Assembly (NCBI GenBank): GCA_000708835.1
Contig: DF237462.1
Coordinates: 1 to 64,000 of the forward strand
Length of the DNA: 64,000 bases
Direction: 5' to 3'
Source: Klebsormidium nitens
Lineage: Eukaryota; Plantae; Klebsormidiophyceae
The position numbers were made by a program, and so were the translations under genes. Under the pieces are notes generated by a model. The model did no database searches and was not told the origin of the DNA. It saw only the letters and a program-made list of their open reading frames with translations. Shown here in pieces: positions 22,255 to 41,619 of the stretch. Numbering within the stretch: position 1 is the stretch's first letter; the number at the start of each line of letters is the position of its first letter.

Positions 22255-24191
22255 ATGGCCGCGTTTGTGGCAGGCCTGCTTGGTATGAGCCAGCAGGAGC
22301 TTCGCTTTCGCGTGCAGCGAGCGAACCATATGACAGTTGCTCCTCTCCTGAGCCTCTTCCACTCTGTCTCTCCCCTCCTAGGACTGACACAGAGCTCGTC
22401 TGACCTTCCTGCCTCTGAGGAGTCTCTCTCTCCCTCCCCCTCTTCTGAGTCTGCTCAAGGTTTCAAGGGCCTGGATGGCGAACAAACTCACGCAGATTCA
22501 GACGCCCCAGCCCTGGCCTCCCCCCGCGCTGACACGATCTCAGTTCTTGAACTGACAAAGGGAGAGCCCCAGATTGGTCTTTGTGAGCAGGGCTTGTGCG
22601 GCAGGGGTCAGGCGCTGCCTCAGGGTGAAGAGGAGGAGGGGAAATTGCAGAGGTTTTGTTCAGGGGAGGGCTTGGGGGAGGTCCCCTCACATGAGGGGGG
22701 GGATGAGGATGAGACGTTGGGGGCAGGGCTTGCGGCGGCAGCTACTGTGAGGGCAGGAATGGAAACCAGCATTGTGCAGCTTGACCAGGGGTGCTTGGCT
22801 CAGATTATCTCGCAGATGGATCTGTCGAGCCTTAGAGCATGCTCCCTGGTCTGCCGCGACTGGCTGGAAGTCTCGAGCTCTGCACGGACATCCGTGACTC
22901 TGCGCAACGGCCCTCAGATTGCTGCCTTCCCCAAGCTGGTTGCCCGCTTCTCAAGAATCCACACGCTGCACGTTGAAGGGCGCGCCCCGGCAGACGCGCC
23001 CTCTGTCTTGTCTCTGGACGATGCTGTGATGGAGGTCCTTGCACAGAGCTGCGGCTGCCTGCGTGAGCTGCGGCTGAAGTACTGCTCACTGTCTGACGCG
23101 GGCCTTGCTGCGGTTCTGAGGGGCTGCCCCGAGTTGCTCGTGCTTGGCTTGGCTCACAGTGAGGGGTTCTCGGGGGAGGCATTCAGCGGCCTGTGCTGCA
23201 AGTTGGAAAAGCTGGAGCTGAATGTCTGCGAGGGGCTTACGAATGAGGGGTTGGTGGTGGCTGCGGCTGCCTGCTCTGGTCTCAAGGACTTTGGTATCTA
23301 TACTGCGCAGCCGAACAGATCTCTGGAGCAGGGGGTGGAGGCATTCTCAAAGGCATGCCCTGGACTGAAAGTGTTTGCCGTCCACGCCTGTCGGCTTACT
23401 GATGAGGCCCTGCAAAGAATTGCCGCTAGGTGCCCCCTCATACAGCAGATCAGTGTCACGTGCGAGTATTACATCACAGACAGGGGGCTAGACGCCTTCC
23501 TGGCCCTGCTCCCTCGTGTGCACACAGTGACGCTGCAAAAGAACCGCGCGGTTTCTGGCATCCCGCAATTCGGGTAAGTTCCAAGTTGGACGAGTAAGCC
23601 CTTCATCTGTCTAGTCGATGGATTAATGTAGGCCTCGAGTTGCTGATGATCATATTTAGATTTCCACTTGCACACCGTGTGTTGCATGAGGCAATCTTAT
23701 GGTAGTCCCATGGTACTTCCTTCCTAGTGCTTTCACAATCTCAGCCGTTTCAGAGTGCTGGCTAATCAACAGGGTTTCAAGTTGACAGACAGATTGTATT
23801 TCTCATCTTGATTCAGCATTGGTTGCTCAGCATTCTTTGTGTTTGTGGCAGGTCCAACCGGTGCTTGAGACGACTTCGGCTAGGTTGGTTGTGCACGACG
23901 CCCGACGAGGTCCTTAAAGGGTTAGCTAATCAGGCTGGCCTTGAGGAGCTGGTTCTGATATGCTGCCCCTTTCTCACGGACGCCACCGTTGAGAAGATTT
24001 TGACGTGTTGCAAGAAGCTGACTTGGTTGATGCTTCACAGTAGTAAGCTTGTCACTGCAGAGACTGTCAGTGCATACATCCGGTGCGGCAGCAAAGCCAG
24101 GCTAGAAATTAAGCGTTGCTCGGGTATGAAGAAAGGAGCTCTAGGGCAGGATGTCTTAAAATTGAAGAAGCTTCAGGTGCAATGCTTCTGA
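22255..24191 (+). CDS. F-box/LRR protein F3 (2 exons: 22255-23573, 23852-24191)
   Basis: Same N-terminus (MAAFVAGLLGMSQQELRFRVQRANH), F-box-like QLDQGCLAQIISQMDLSSLRACSLVCRDW, and LRRs. The intron (GG|gtaagt..ggcag|G) is at the same position as in F1 and F2. Confidence 0.88.
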
Positions 24192-25338
24192 CACGATAAA
24201 CGCCTGGAGTAAATTCCCGACATCTGAAAATCAAGGAAACCTGAACTTTGACATTTGTTTAAGCTCATGAGGCATGTGTACATATGAGGATTGTCTTGAA
24301 CGCTTGTGTGCACAAATATAGTCGTAGGTATATGTGCTGCATCCGACGTTATTGCGATATCCTTGGATGATATACCATTGATGTGATCGCTGGCCATGAC
24401 TTCGATCTAATTTCCATCGAGCGCTCCTTGGATACGATCCTATTTCTACAATGTAAAACACTTCTGCATGCATAGTTTCCCATGTGAATCTGCTGTCTGG
24501 GCCAATTTCAATTGCGCTTGCCGCAGTTCATGTGCGTGATGGCAAATATTAAGGTCACCAGATTTTGCAAGATCGTTGGCAACCGGTCAACTGTGATATG
24601 GTACTTAAAATGTTGCGAGATTAGAACCAACCGCGGCTGCAGCTCTGGGTGCCCCATATACCATGGAAGCAATACAAAGAAGAAAAGATGACAGTTCTGC
24701 TTCTGAGATTATACTGGAGCTCCATACCCTTAGCACGAATCAGCCAAGGCGTTTAGTGCCGCCATATGCACGATGCGAGCAATCTGACGAGCGCGTATGC
24801 TTCCAGAAGATGACCGTTACAAACGTGCTGGCCCTTTTACGAAGTGCATCGTTACATTTCGAGGAAGTAGATCGTACAGATGCTTGAATCTTGTTGTGCT
24901 ATTGCCCAAGTTTATGGACACTACGGCGCGAAAGTTAGCGGCAAATCACTTCCCGACGCCTCCTTATCCATTGGGGTAGCCAGCTTCACGACCTGCAAGA
25001 GTATCCAGGAACCATTATGGATTTGAGACTGAAGACAATGGTATTGCAATCTTTGAAAGAGCGTCGGATGACCGGTACCCTCAGGGATTTTAAAACATGG
25101 AAAGCTCCTTTAATTGTTGCTGGAGAAGCCACGTGCATTCAGATTTCCAACCGATCTGAATGGCGACTCGTTTCTATACAGTGCTCGCAAAGCTACACCA
25201 AAAAACGAATCTCTGAATATCAATCAAGCGACACTACTGATAGCACCCACGGCCAGAAAAGTGGGAATGCATCGGATTATAACGTGAAGAGAGTGTGGTA
25301 ATCTTTTCTCCTTTACTAACGACAAATGGTGCACATAC

Positions 25339-28300
25339 CTCGGCCTCGAGTGACTGAATGGTCAGCTGCTGTTGCTTCACAGTCTCTTTGAGATTCTCTA
25401 CGTCCTGAAGTGCGGCGTCGAGCTTCGTCTGCAACTGCAGGCGCCTAAGCCGGCTTTCCTCGGCCCACGTCTCTCTATCCAAGTCGTGCCGTTCCTTCTC
25501 CTTCTCGCTCTCCTGCTTGAGGGTCTCGATCTCTTCCTGTTAAGAACACGAGACGTGTTTGAAAGTGAATGTTTTCAAAGCCTGGCATTGACTTGACGGT
25601 CCGTCGGATGGCCTCGCGGTCAAGTACGAACGAACGGAGCCTTTCACGACGCGCTTGCTGAAAGAATTGAGCTCGCACCTCTTTGAAGCTTTAGACCAAT
25701 ACTTCCAGGTTTTCTGTCGCAAAATTGTTCAGCGATAACAATCTGCAGTAACATACTCATAGCTACGGGACCCGGTACTTCCAGCCAAAAAGTCAAACTG
25801 TGCTCGTAAAACTTCACCGCGTGCTATCAGTCCACCTTTTTTTCTGAAGGGGGCGCTCTGACTGATCACACGAACTTGGGATCTGAGCAAATATGTTTCA
25901 GGGTTCGACGCAGTCTCACGGATGAATCCCGAACCTTTTTGACAAGAATCAGAGCTTTGCTTGATTCACTAATCAACGGATCTTTCAGCGATGAGCGACT
26001 AAGGCCCTCAAGTCAACTCCATTGATTTGCCCTTTGGTGGGTCTCTCTGCTTGTCGTTCTGGCAATTCCGTTTTCGAAACGAAGCAAGGCAGCTTCTTGA
26101 ACAGATTGACAGATATAGGCCGTCTTGGCAGTGGATGCAGGTGAAAGTCTCAATCCGTGTGATGTCTAGGGCCTTGGCCCGAGAAGGCATGTGACACCAG
26201 GCTCTAGCCTTTCAACTGACCGTAGAAAATCAAGCCCTTTCGATTCGGATCTTTTGCCCAGCTTTTTAGCACCTACCTCTCAACAAAGAGGAGTCGTACG
26301 CTTTATGCTTTGTCTTGGTAGATTTCCCACCACTCATCCGAATCAGAGAAGGTTGCATACTTTACACTTAAAGAAGCAGCAATAAAATGCCTTTCATAGA
26401 ATCTCACCAGCAGGCTCGCGACCGTCACCCGCAACGTGCTTGCTTCGCGGCGGGTGGCTCTGAGCAGCGCGGCCGCGACGTCCTCCGGCTTCTTCGTTGG
26501 AGAAACGGGCGACTTCAGTTCCTGCAGCCAAGCCACGACAGAGCTTGAAAATCTAGAGAAGATAAATCGACATTCTTCTTGAAATGTTCCTCAAACGCAC
26601 ACGGCTTCCGAGCTGAGGAAGCACTTGGTGAGTGCCGATACTCTCGGTTGTTTCCGAGATTCACAGAGCGTTTTTCCCGAATGGATCGCTCGCCACCAAG
26701 CATGATTCCGGACAACATGAGGACCATATATCAGATGGCGATCGGATGACAGCATTCGGGTGTCATCTCACAGAAAAGTAGGCTGCACCAAGACCTTGGG
26801 ACCACTCTGAATGCTCTGGAAGTGGAGCTACGTCAGCGGGTTCTTGCGGTGACGTCAACTGCTTCTTCCCTTCTCGGGGTGCATCTCCTTTGCTCGCGCT
26901 CCGCGCGTGTCCTTGCCCACCCCCCTTCCGGCCCACTCTCGTCCTATGGCGCGCGCGAGGTCCATCTTCGCATCCTTAAGCTTTTTGTTTTTCTCCTCCA
27001 CCTCGTTCTCCACGACCCTCTGAACCTCCATCATTGTGTGATCGTCCCCTTCCGCGACCGCGAGCATCACTTTGCCGTTTCGCAGTCCCTTCCGGATGTC
27101 CGCCGTCTCATACCCCACCTGACTCAGGCCCTCCTTTGCCTGCCCGATCTTTGCAACTGCTGTCTCAGCGCGCGCAGCTCCTTCACCCCCTGCTTCCTGC
27201 CCTTCGACCGCAAGCTTCTCAAAGATGTTCTGCACGGTAGAGATCCCCCCTGTCTTTTCCCCGCTTCCCTTGTTGGCTTCCGCATCTGGCGCAAGCGGCA
27301 CCTTGCCTTGTGCTTCCGAGGCTGCCCGTCGAGAGTTGGCGAGCATGACCTTCTGCTCGATGTCCGCCAGCTCCCGTTCCTTCTGGTGAAGATCCTCGTT
27401 TGCCGCCAGCAGCTTCAGCTTCGTTTCCGCTTCCGCTGCTTCCGCTAGGTCCGCCTGCGGATCAATCCTGAGTCTCAGCATCAAAAAGGCCTTTTTCCTC
27501 GACTTCTGCGACTCTAGATCCGGATTTGAGAAGCCTTCAAACCCTCCAGTGTGAAATTCAAAACAAGGTATTTTCAAAATTGCTGAAGAGTGGATGCTAA
27601 AAAAGCCGTCAGAATACCAAAACAGCCTCACGGCCACCCTCGAGATAGTTTAATCAGCCCATTGACACCAGTACTGGAACAGTCTGCTCCATCATCTTTG
27701 ATTTAAGGCCTGATGATGTATCAAAGAGAACTGCGTCTGCTTTTCTGCATTCCTACTCAGCAGCGAGCTTCTGATTTGTTGACATCCCATTGACATGTTT
27801 GGACGAAGCTGTAAAGTGGCGAGACGAACCTCTGCTTCTGTCTGCTGCTGAAATACAGGCGATGTTCTTAATCGAACTTCCGAAGATAACCTCTTGTCTC
27901 TGAGAGGTAAAAGTGGCCTACTCTGAATCTGACATGTCCTTCGAGACGAAAACAAAATTCATTTTCAGAAAGCTGGGAGAACGCCACGAGATTTTGCTAT
28001 TGAATCCTCACCGACTCCTTTGCGGCTTCAATTTTCCACTTCAGCTCCTGCAGTTCCGTGTCCAGCCCCCAGACTTCCACCGACTTGACGTCTTCAGTAG
28101 CGACCTGAAGAGAAAAGTAGCCTACTTGCATCGAAAAAGGTTCACGTAGAAGTTATTGAGATGGTGAAAAGGCCAGATGAAAGGTCTTCCAAATCCTGCT
28201 AGTCAGCAACACTGAGGAGCCGATTCACCTCTGACGGCTTTGCAGACTATTCGCATTAGGCAGGTTGCCGGAGTCATTTCCTTTGGAGCATGGCATGATG

Positions 28301-30046
28301 AACCAACAAGATCTCGAGCTTATAACAAGCACTGAAACTTACGTAGAGATCTAGTGAGTCCCGGGAATCCTGGCCATGCTCCAAACGGAAGGTGTCCCGC
28401 GTCTCTTCCCCCGCCTTCTTCTCCTTCGCCTGCGGTCCGATCGCCAGGCCCTTCCCCGTTTCGCTTCCGGCCTTACGCTCTTCGCAGAAGCCTCTCTTCC
28501 GCTCGTCGCTCGTCGCTTTTCCGCCCTTCCGCTCGTCCGGTCTTCCCCCGGTTGTTGACGAGTAGAGGGCCGCCTTGATGCCTTTTGTCGAAAGGCCTCC
28601 CGGCGACTTCGCTCCCGGGGCAGAGGCGGTGCTCGGCGTGCGGAACGAGCCGGTGGGAGAGGTGGCGGGCGCGCGGAGGGACTTCGAGACCTCGGAAGAA
28701 CTGGGCCGGCGCGTTGGGGGGGAGGTGAAGGACCCGGTGGATGTGCTCGAGCCCAGGGCGCGTGATACCGACGGAGGCGGGGAGAAGGTTGGGGCTCGGA
28801 GTGCGGACGAGAGTGCGCGAGCCTCGTGTGTGTGCGCGGGAGTGGAAGTAGGGGGGGACATGGTGCGGGCACGGGCGGTGGAGAAGGGGCCGGGGGAGAG
28901 GGCGCCCGAAGTTGAAGGCGCGCGCGTGAGGGGGCGGCCGCGTGGCGGGGGAGACGCGACCTAGAGTGACGCGCAATTGTGTCAGCTGTTTGAAATGGAA
29001 AACTTCTGAAAGCTACGCCCCCTGTGAACAAGGACCTGACCATCGAAAAATTCGCGAGGAAATTGTCGCACTCGGAGCATGCTCCCTGAATAGCGTCCTG
29101 ATCCTAATGGAAGAAATTTGAAAAAGACACGTGTCCGGAAACAAATGCATGAAAGGAATGCTTTGATCTGGGCTAGTGGACCTCACTCGATTCTGCATAT
29201 GCCAGCGCAATCTTGGATACCAGGGAGTGTTGAAGTTATCTGGAAACCTTGTCAGACCTCAGTGTGCATGTCTTCCAAGCTATTGTCCTTCTGTTCGTTG
29301 GTAAGTTGCTACGGTGAATCTAGATAGTTTGCTGCGACGGAAAAGCTCAGCATAATGTTGAGAACAAATGAGTGACCGAGAGGAACCGACGGAGTCTTTG
29401 GTTTTATATTGAGCGGATACATGCATACCGCTTATCTGAGCCCGAGAAACCAACTGAGATAGAACATGGTTTCTTTCCCAAGACTGGAAAGGCTGCTCAG
29501 AACAGTAGCATATTCTCTAATGCTTCAATAGTATCAGTTAGATGTTTCTGAAGAAAGATTTCGCCAAAATATAAAATCTACAAAGGCAAATCAAAGCAAA
29601 CCCTTCAACATATTTGAGCAGCTTTGAAGGTTTAGCAGGTGAGTCTCGAGTCCTCCGCATATCACCTGGACTTGCAGTCTCTTCTTCAGGCGAGCTATTG
29701 AGCATTTTGAAATCCTTCTTTTTTTGAAGCTCTAAGGTTGCCTTGAACTTCTCAGACCTTGGTGGATAGATCCTCCAAGTCTTCCAGATATATTGACGCT
29801 GAGATCATCAGAGCTAATCTGCCAGCGGCACCGTGAGAGCACGTTACTGGGTACAAGCTACTGGCACCTCTTATCCCTGCCTCTTGAGACTTTTCTAAGC
29901 AAATCTCCAACTTTCCCAAACCAGAGACTTGCCTTAGATGTTTTGGCCTTCAAGGAAGTAGTCTTTTGTACCATCTTCTTGTCGGGGGACAGAGTATTGC
30001 TTTCCTTCTTCACACCCTTCTGGGAGCTTGTGGCCATGTCCTCCTT
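25339..30046 (-). CDS. Coiled-coil gene B (CC-B), paralog of CC-A
   Basis: Phase-0 exons 30046-29933 (GC donor), 28960-28343, 28104-28012, 27454-26921, 26521-26408 and 25536-25339. Exon starts VASPPPRGRPLTRAP (B) and VSSPPARGRPLTRAP (A) both follow ctctag. Both genes have a 93-nt exon after SLD(F/L). First and last exons are unresolved. Confidence 0.6.
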
Positions 30047-30499
30047 CTGATTCGCTCAGCTTTCCTTGCAAATGACGGCATGAAACAGTCTGAGGATTAC
30101 GAGAAGCAAACTAAATCCATTAAAGCCAAAGGGCATCCCATTGTGATGGATATCATCAGCCTGCCAATGATTCCATGCTGTAGACTCCTTCCAAGGAAAC
30201 AAGGAACCTAGATAAGACGATGCAAAGAAAACGAAACTCTCTGAAAACATACATCGATTCCTGACTCCTGTCCAATGTTCAACCCAACTTTTGCGGTCGT
30301 CTGCCAAAAGCCTGCTTTGCGTAAGCCACCTTGCAGCCCCATTGGTATCTGTTCAAGAAGACTTGAAAGTGCGATGAGGGGGCCATGCAGATAACAAGTC
30401 AAGAGATATGCAGGACAATTGACGAAACAAGAGCTTTGGCGCACCTTTGAGACTTGTAAGAAGGTTGCCACACTCACTATGATAAAGCTCTTCTAAGCA

Positions 30500-31260
30500 C
30501 TAAGATTGAGGCGAATGGACGAAATGAGAGAGACGGCGATCTGCTTCTATCAAAGCACGAGCCTTCAGGGTTTCTGCGAAGTAGGTGGACACTCAGCGCA
30601 AGAAGAATGAAACTGAGCTTTAAGAAATCCTCACGACTTCCTTGAACCAACCTGCTGCTTCTCAAAGGAATCCGTCTTAGATCGAAAAAGACCTCGCTTA
30701 CAAAGCTGTCCCTCCGCTTTAGCCTTCAGAGAGCCTTGCCGCCGCCAAAGTTGCTGGTGAACCTCAAGAACTGTTCATCGAGATCAGCCGATGACCTCTT
30801 TCAAGGAACATTCAATTCTTTTCCCTTCGCTGGTTGGTTGTTTCCAACCGACCGTTTCATGGGAGCTCTTTGTCACAAAGTTCAGTCAAGTAATCCAGCA
30901 AACGGTTCGACTCCAGGATTCCTCGGTTGTTCGTGTTTCGTGGTGACAATCCCCGGGTCTCAGTCACCGCTCACCGCCAGACGAAACCTTGCGCAAGAAG
31001 GTCTGTAATGCAGCCAATCGTCCTTCGTCACGTTTTCTGGATTCGATCGCGCGCTTGCAGAATGGCAAATCATGCCTTCCAAGTTCGCAATCTCTTCGAT
31101 CACTGCTACTTGCTAGGCTGTCGGAAGGACACTGCTGGATGACTAGGCGCCAGGCGTACTCAGATCTGGCAAACAGCACCTTAGAGAAGAACCGAATCAG
31201 CGCAAGGCCATGCATGCAGAGAGCTGCAAAAGAGGTGCTTCCCATCGTGCCTGCAATGCG
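30500..31260 (-). pseudogene. Decayed coding block Y3 upstream of CC-B
   Basis: Nucleotide match to Y2, e.g. GGTCG.TTGGAA.C.ACCAACCAGCG.AGGGA and GATTGTCA...AACCGAGGAAT. Contains stops and frameshifts. Confidence 0.45.
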
Positions 31261-32950
31261 GAAGAATCGATCTTCGTGTTGACGGGACGCCAGCGCTCCT
31301 CGAGTCAGTCCTTACCTATGAAAGTCTTCATTGGGACCGCTTGATAGAAGGTTTTTGCTGATTGATTTCCATGCATCGGACATCGAAAGGGTTGAGAACA
31401 GGAGGATTGCATAGTGCATTCACGCGCACTCCTGTTCAAGAGTAATATAATACTCTCGAGATCGACTAGCTCAGAATGAGGATCGCGCCGGGTATTATTT
31501 TGGTATATAGCGCGCTAGCAATGATTCGATAATTGGTCCATGGTATATATAGATATTGCGTGAATCAGTCTACCCCGGTTTGCTTAAAGAATCGAATCGC
31601 AAGGAACTGAGGTAGTCTGTAATCGTTTGCTCAAACGTCTGTTAACGACCCTTTCCGTTACATCATGATGCATAACCGAAAGTGTCGTATGCATTGGACC
31701 TTACCGCTTATCTGTTGACAAACACCGGCCAGCCACTGCACGCAAGTTTCCACAACATGCATACTTCATAGCCATATGGTGACTTGGAGCATGCAGTAAT
31801 TGAAGGCTGTCACAACCCATGCAAATTCCGACCTTAAACACGCCCTGAAGGACAAACCTGCAGCTGCTTGACGTCAGCCTTGTTACTTTTCGTAAGATAT
31901 ATGCCTTGATGTCCGCGATCCTCGCGTTTCTAGCATGTGCCCGACAAGACCGACGCTTTCGAAGGAGATGAGATAAATCGCACTTGCTTAACGTTTCTCG
32001 TCATCAAGGCTGCTTGTCAACGGCTGTAAATCTAGACCCGGAACAGGAGCCTCTGCTTTTGATCAAAATTCCTTATGTTGTCTTGACCCGCTCGCCAAGC
32101 CAAAAAGTACTCGGCACGACTGCAGCAAAGCAGAAGGGTCAGCTCTCTACCAGGCTAGCTTCGCAGGTCAGAAAGAGAGAGAGAGAGTGCTACAACGAGA
32201 GCAATGTCTGGCTGAAAACCAACCCGCGGCAGATTGACGAAAAGCACGACATCAAGAAACACGTCTACATTTTATGATAGCGGGAGAGCACCCTTCCAGA
32301 AGACTTTGGAAACGGCGCTCTCATTGAACGTCCTCGAACATCACAAGCAAATCGAACCACGAAGTTTGAGGTCCCATGAGTCATTACGTCTCTGAAAGAC
32401 TGATCTCAAGGAAAGGGGCAACAGAAACGGGTGCTCACGCACCTGATGCTCAGCAGCTCGTGCAAGTTCGGACTGTGTACGGCTACCGTAGGCGTCGACG
32501 ACCGGCTGTCCAACCGCTCTCTGCACTTATGCTGCTTATTCGAGGCCCACGGAGCGAAAAGGACGGACGGATGCCAGTTCCGAACGCATCCCTCAACCTG
32601 GCTCCGCGCTTTGAAACCCCTCCCCGCATCAGCCTGGCCTTCGCTTGCTGCTCTGGATCCCTTCTTTGCGGGAACCGATGCTTTGAATCCTCTCTTCGCA
32701 AAAAGAGGACTGCTGTGAACCAGATTACCGCAGCATACGGCTTTGGCTCACGTTGCCGGCAGCATAACCGACCAGTCGCAGGACGAAGTCTGGCCCGGTG
32801 CTCCGCCAAGGCGGTATGACGAAACCGACACAACTCTCGCGGCCGGTCTCGTGTGCTGCCACGTGGAAAGCTCCGTCCCTCTCGTTCCCTGTTTTGCAAC
32901 CCCAGAGAACCCGCCAACGTCCGTTCGTGCGTGCGCTCGAACGATGCGCA

Positions 32951-40118
<7,168 letters not shown>

Positions 40119-40742
40119 GATTCACCCTCAGGAACACCCTCTAGATCTCATTCCCAAAACCAAAACAGTCCTAGTATTAACACTCTCTCCAAAGGAGGAC
40201 CATTGCTGGCATTGGCATATGCAACACCACCACCGTGACCACCCTGCATTGACAATGGCTTGCCAGCTTCCAGGTGCTTGCGTGCGCGGTATGCGCGCGC
40301 AAGCCCGGACCCGGCTGGCCGCCCGTGAGGCACTGGGTCACACGTGCGGCCGCCCGGTCGAGTGAGCCGCCCGGTATTATCGGCCCAGAATCGTCGTGTA
40401 CGGTTCGAGTTCGGTTTACTGGCTACCTAGTTTAACAGTTGAAATCCGTCTCCGTTCGACAAGGAAAGCCGGCCAGGCCGAGCGTTCGCCGGTTATAGCC
40501 GGACTGGTATCTTTGAACCGGTCAGCTTGTCCTGTGCTTGTGTGGCACCCAAAATCTAGAAAATACGCGGTAGATATCTGGTTTCAACTTTCGGTGGCTT
40601 CGGTTGGGCTAGCCGGCCTGACGTTTGCCTGGTGTGACTCACCGGACTCGGGAGCGGCCGGCAGCCGCTGCCGCTCGGCCGGACCGGGATAGTTACGGGA
40701 TGAAACTCAAGAAAAATAATAGTAAGCTCCGACTAACACTAA

Positions 40743-40876
40743 AAACCCTAACCTGAAATGAAACACCCGCTCCGCACCCGTACCCACCCTAACCACCATA
40801 CTAACCCTACCCGTCACAGTGCGGTTACCTTACTATTATTTGCTCCGGGTAGTTACAACTTACGGGCCAAGGCCCA
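40743..40876. promoter_or_regulatory. Telo-box (AAACCCTA) and site II (GGCCCA) in the divergent helicase/BAHD intergenic region
   Basis: AAACCCTA at 40743-40750 and GGCCCA at 40871-40876. This pairing is typical of plant ribosome-biogenesis and translation gene promoters. Confidence 0.4.
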
Positions 40877-41619
40877 AGGGAAATTATTGAACTACAGCCG
40901 AAATTTCGAAATCGGCGCCGGCTATCGGCGCTGTCCGACCACTGGCCTCATATGCAACCATGCGCAGTCTCGTCAATCAAATATTTGAGACAGGCTCGTT
41001 TGCAGTAAATCCCGAAGGCGCTGAATTTATCTTGAATATTGCTCAAGATCGGAGGATACCAGTACCTACTATGGCGGGTACAAGGGAGCTGAACAACAGC
41101 ACCATAAATATGCTACCCATCGAATATTTGTCCTGATTTTAGATGGCAACCTACAAGGCCCTACTACCTAGGTACCTCCGCTAGTTGAATGTCTACTTAT
41201 GACGAATATAACCAATCGTTCCATTGAACATTGGCATCATTGAGCGGGATTCGCGGACTTTAGAAGATTTTTCGATAATTGCACCATGTAGCAATGATTT
41301 TGAAGTCGATTCCCAGTAGGTACATGACAATCTTCCATCGCGGCTTCGCATAGGCTATTGCATCAGGGCTACCTATCTAGGGCTGTCGGATGGCCGACAA
41401 TCTGTCCTCCTTGACAGTCCTTGCGTGACTCCTTGAAACCTTGAAGCAATGAAGGCCTTCCACGAGTTCCTTGTTGAATCAGAGCACAATCCCCCCCCTC
41501 GTTCCTGAGCTCACACGTGATATAAGGTATGTGACTTAGCTTGGCGCCCATCCAACTTCAGCGGAAAGCTATCTCAAGAGGGCAGGGCAGAACCTTCCCT
41601 CTGTTCGACGCCCAACCAC

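Noticed and set aside
25136-25162. 9-bp perfect hairpin CATTCAGAT/ATCTGAATG
   Set aside because: A single short stem is expected by chance in 64 kb, and there is no counterpart in the paralogous unit.
26855-26920. Apparent premature stop in CC-B at 26855
   Set aside because: A phase-0 donor GGG|gtgggc at 26920 precedes it, and the same donor sequence is used in CC-A and the helicase, so the stop is probably intronic.
31984-32950. Cluster of 95-147 aa ORFs downstream of the helicase
   Set aside because: There are no recognisable motifs or consistent splice chain; this is likely 3'UTR or intergenic DNA.
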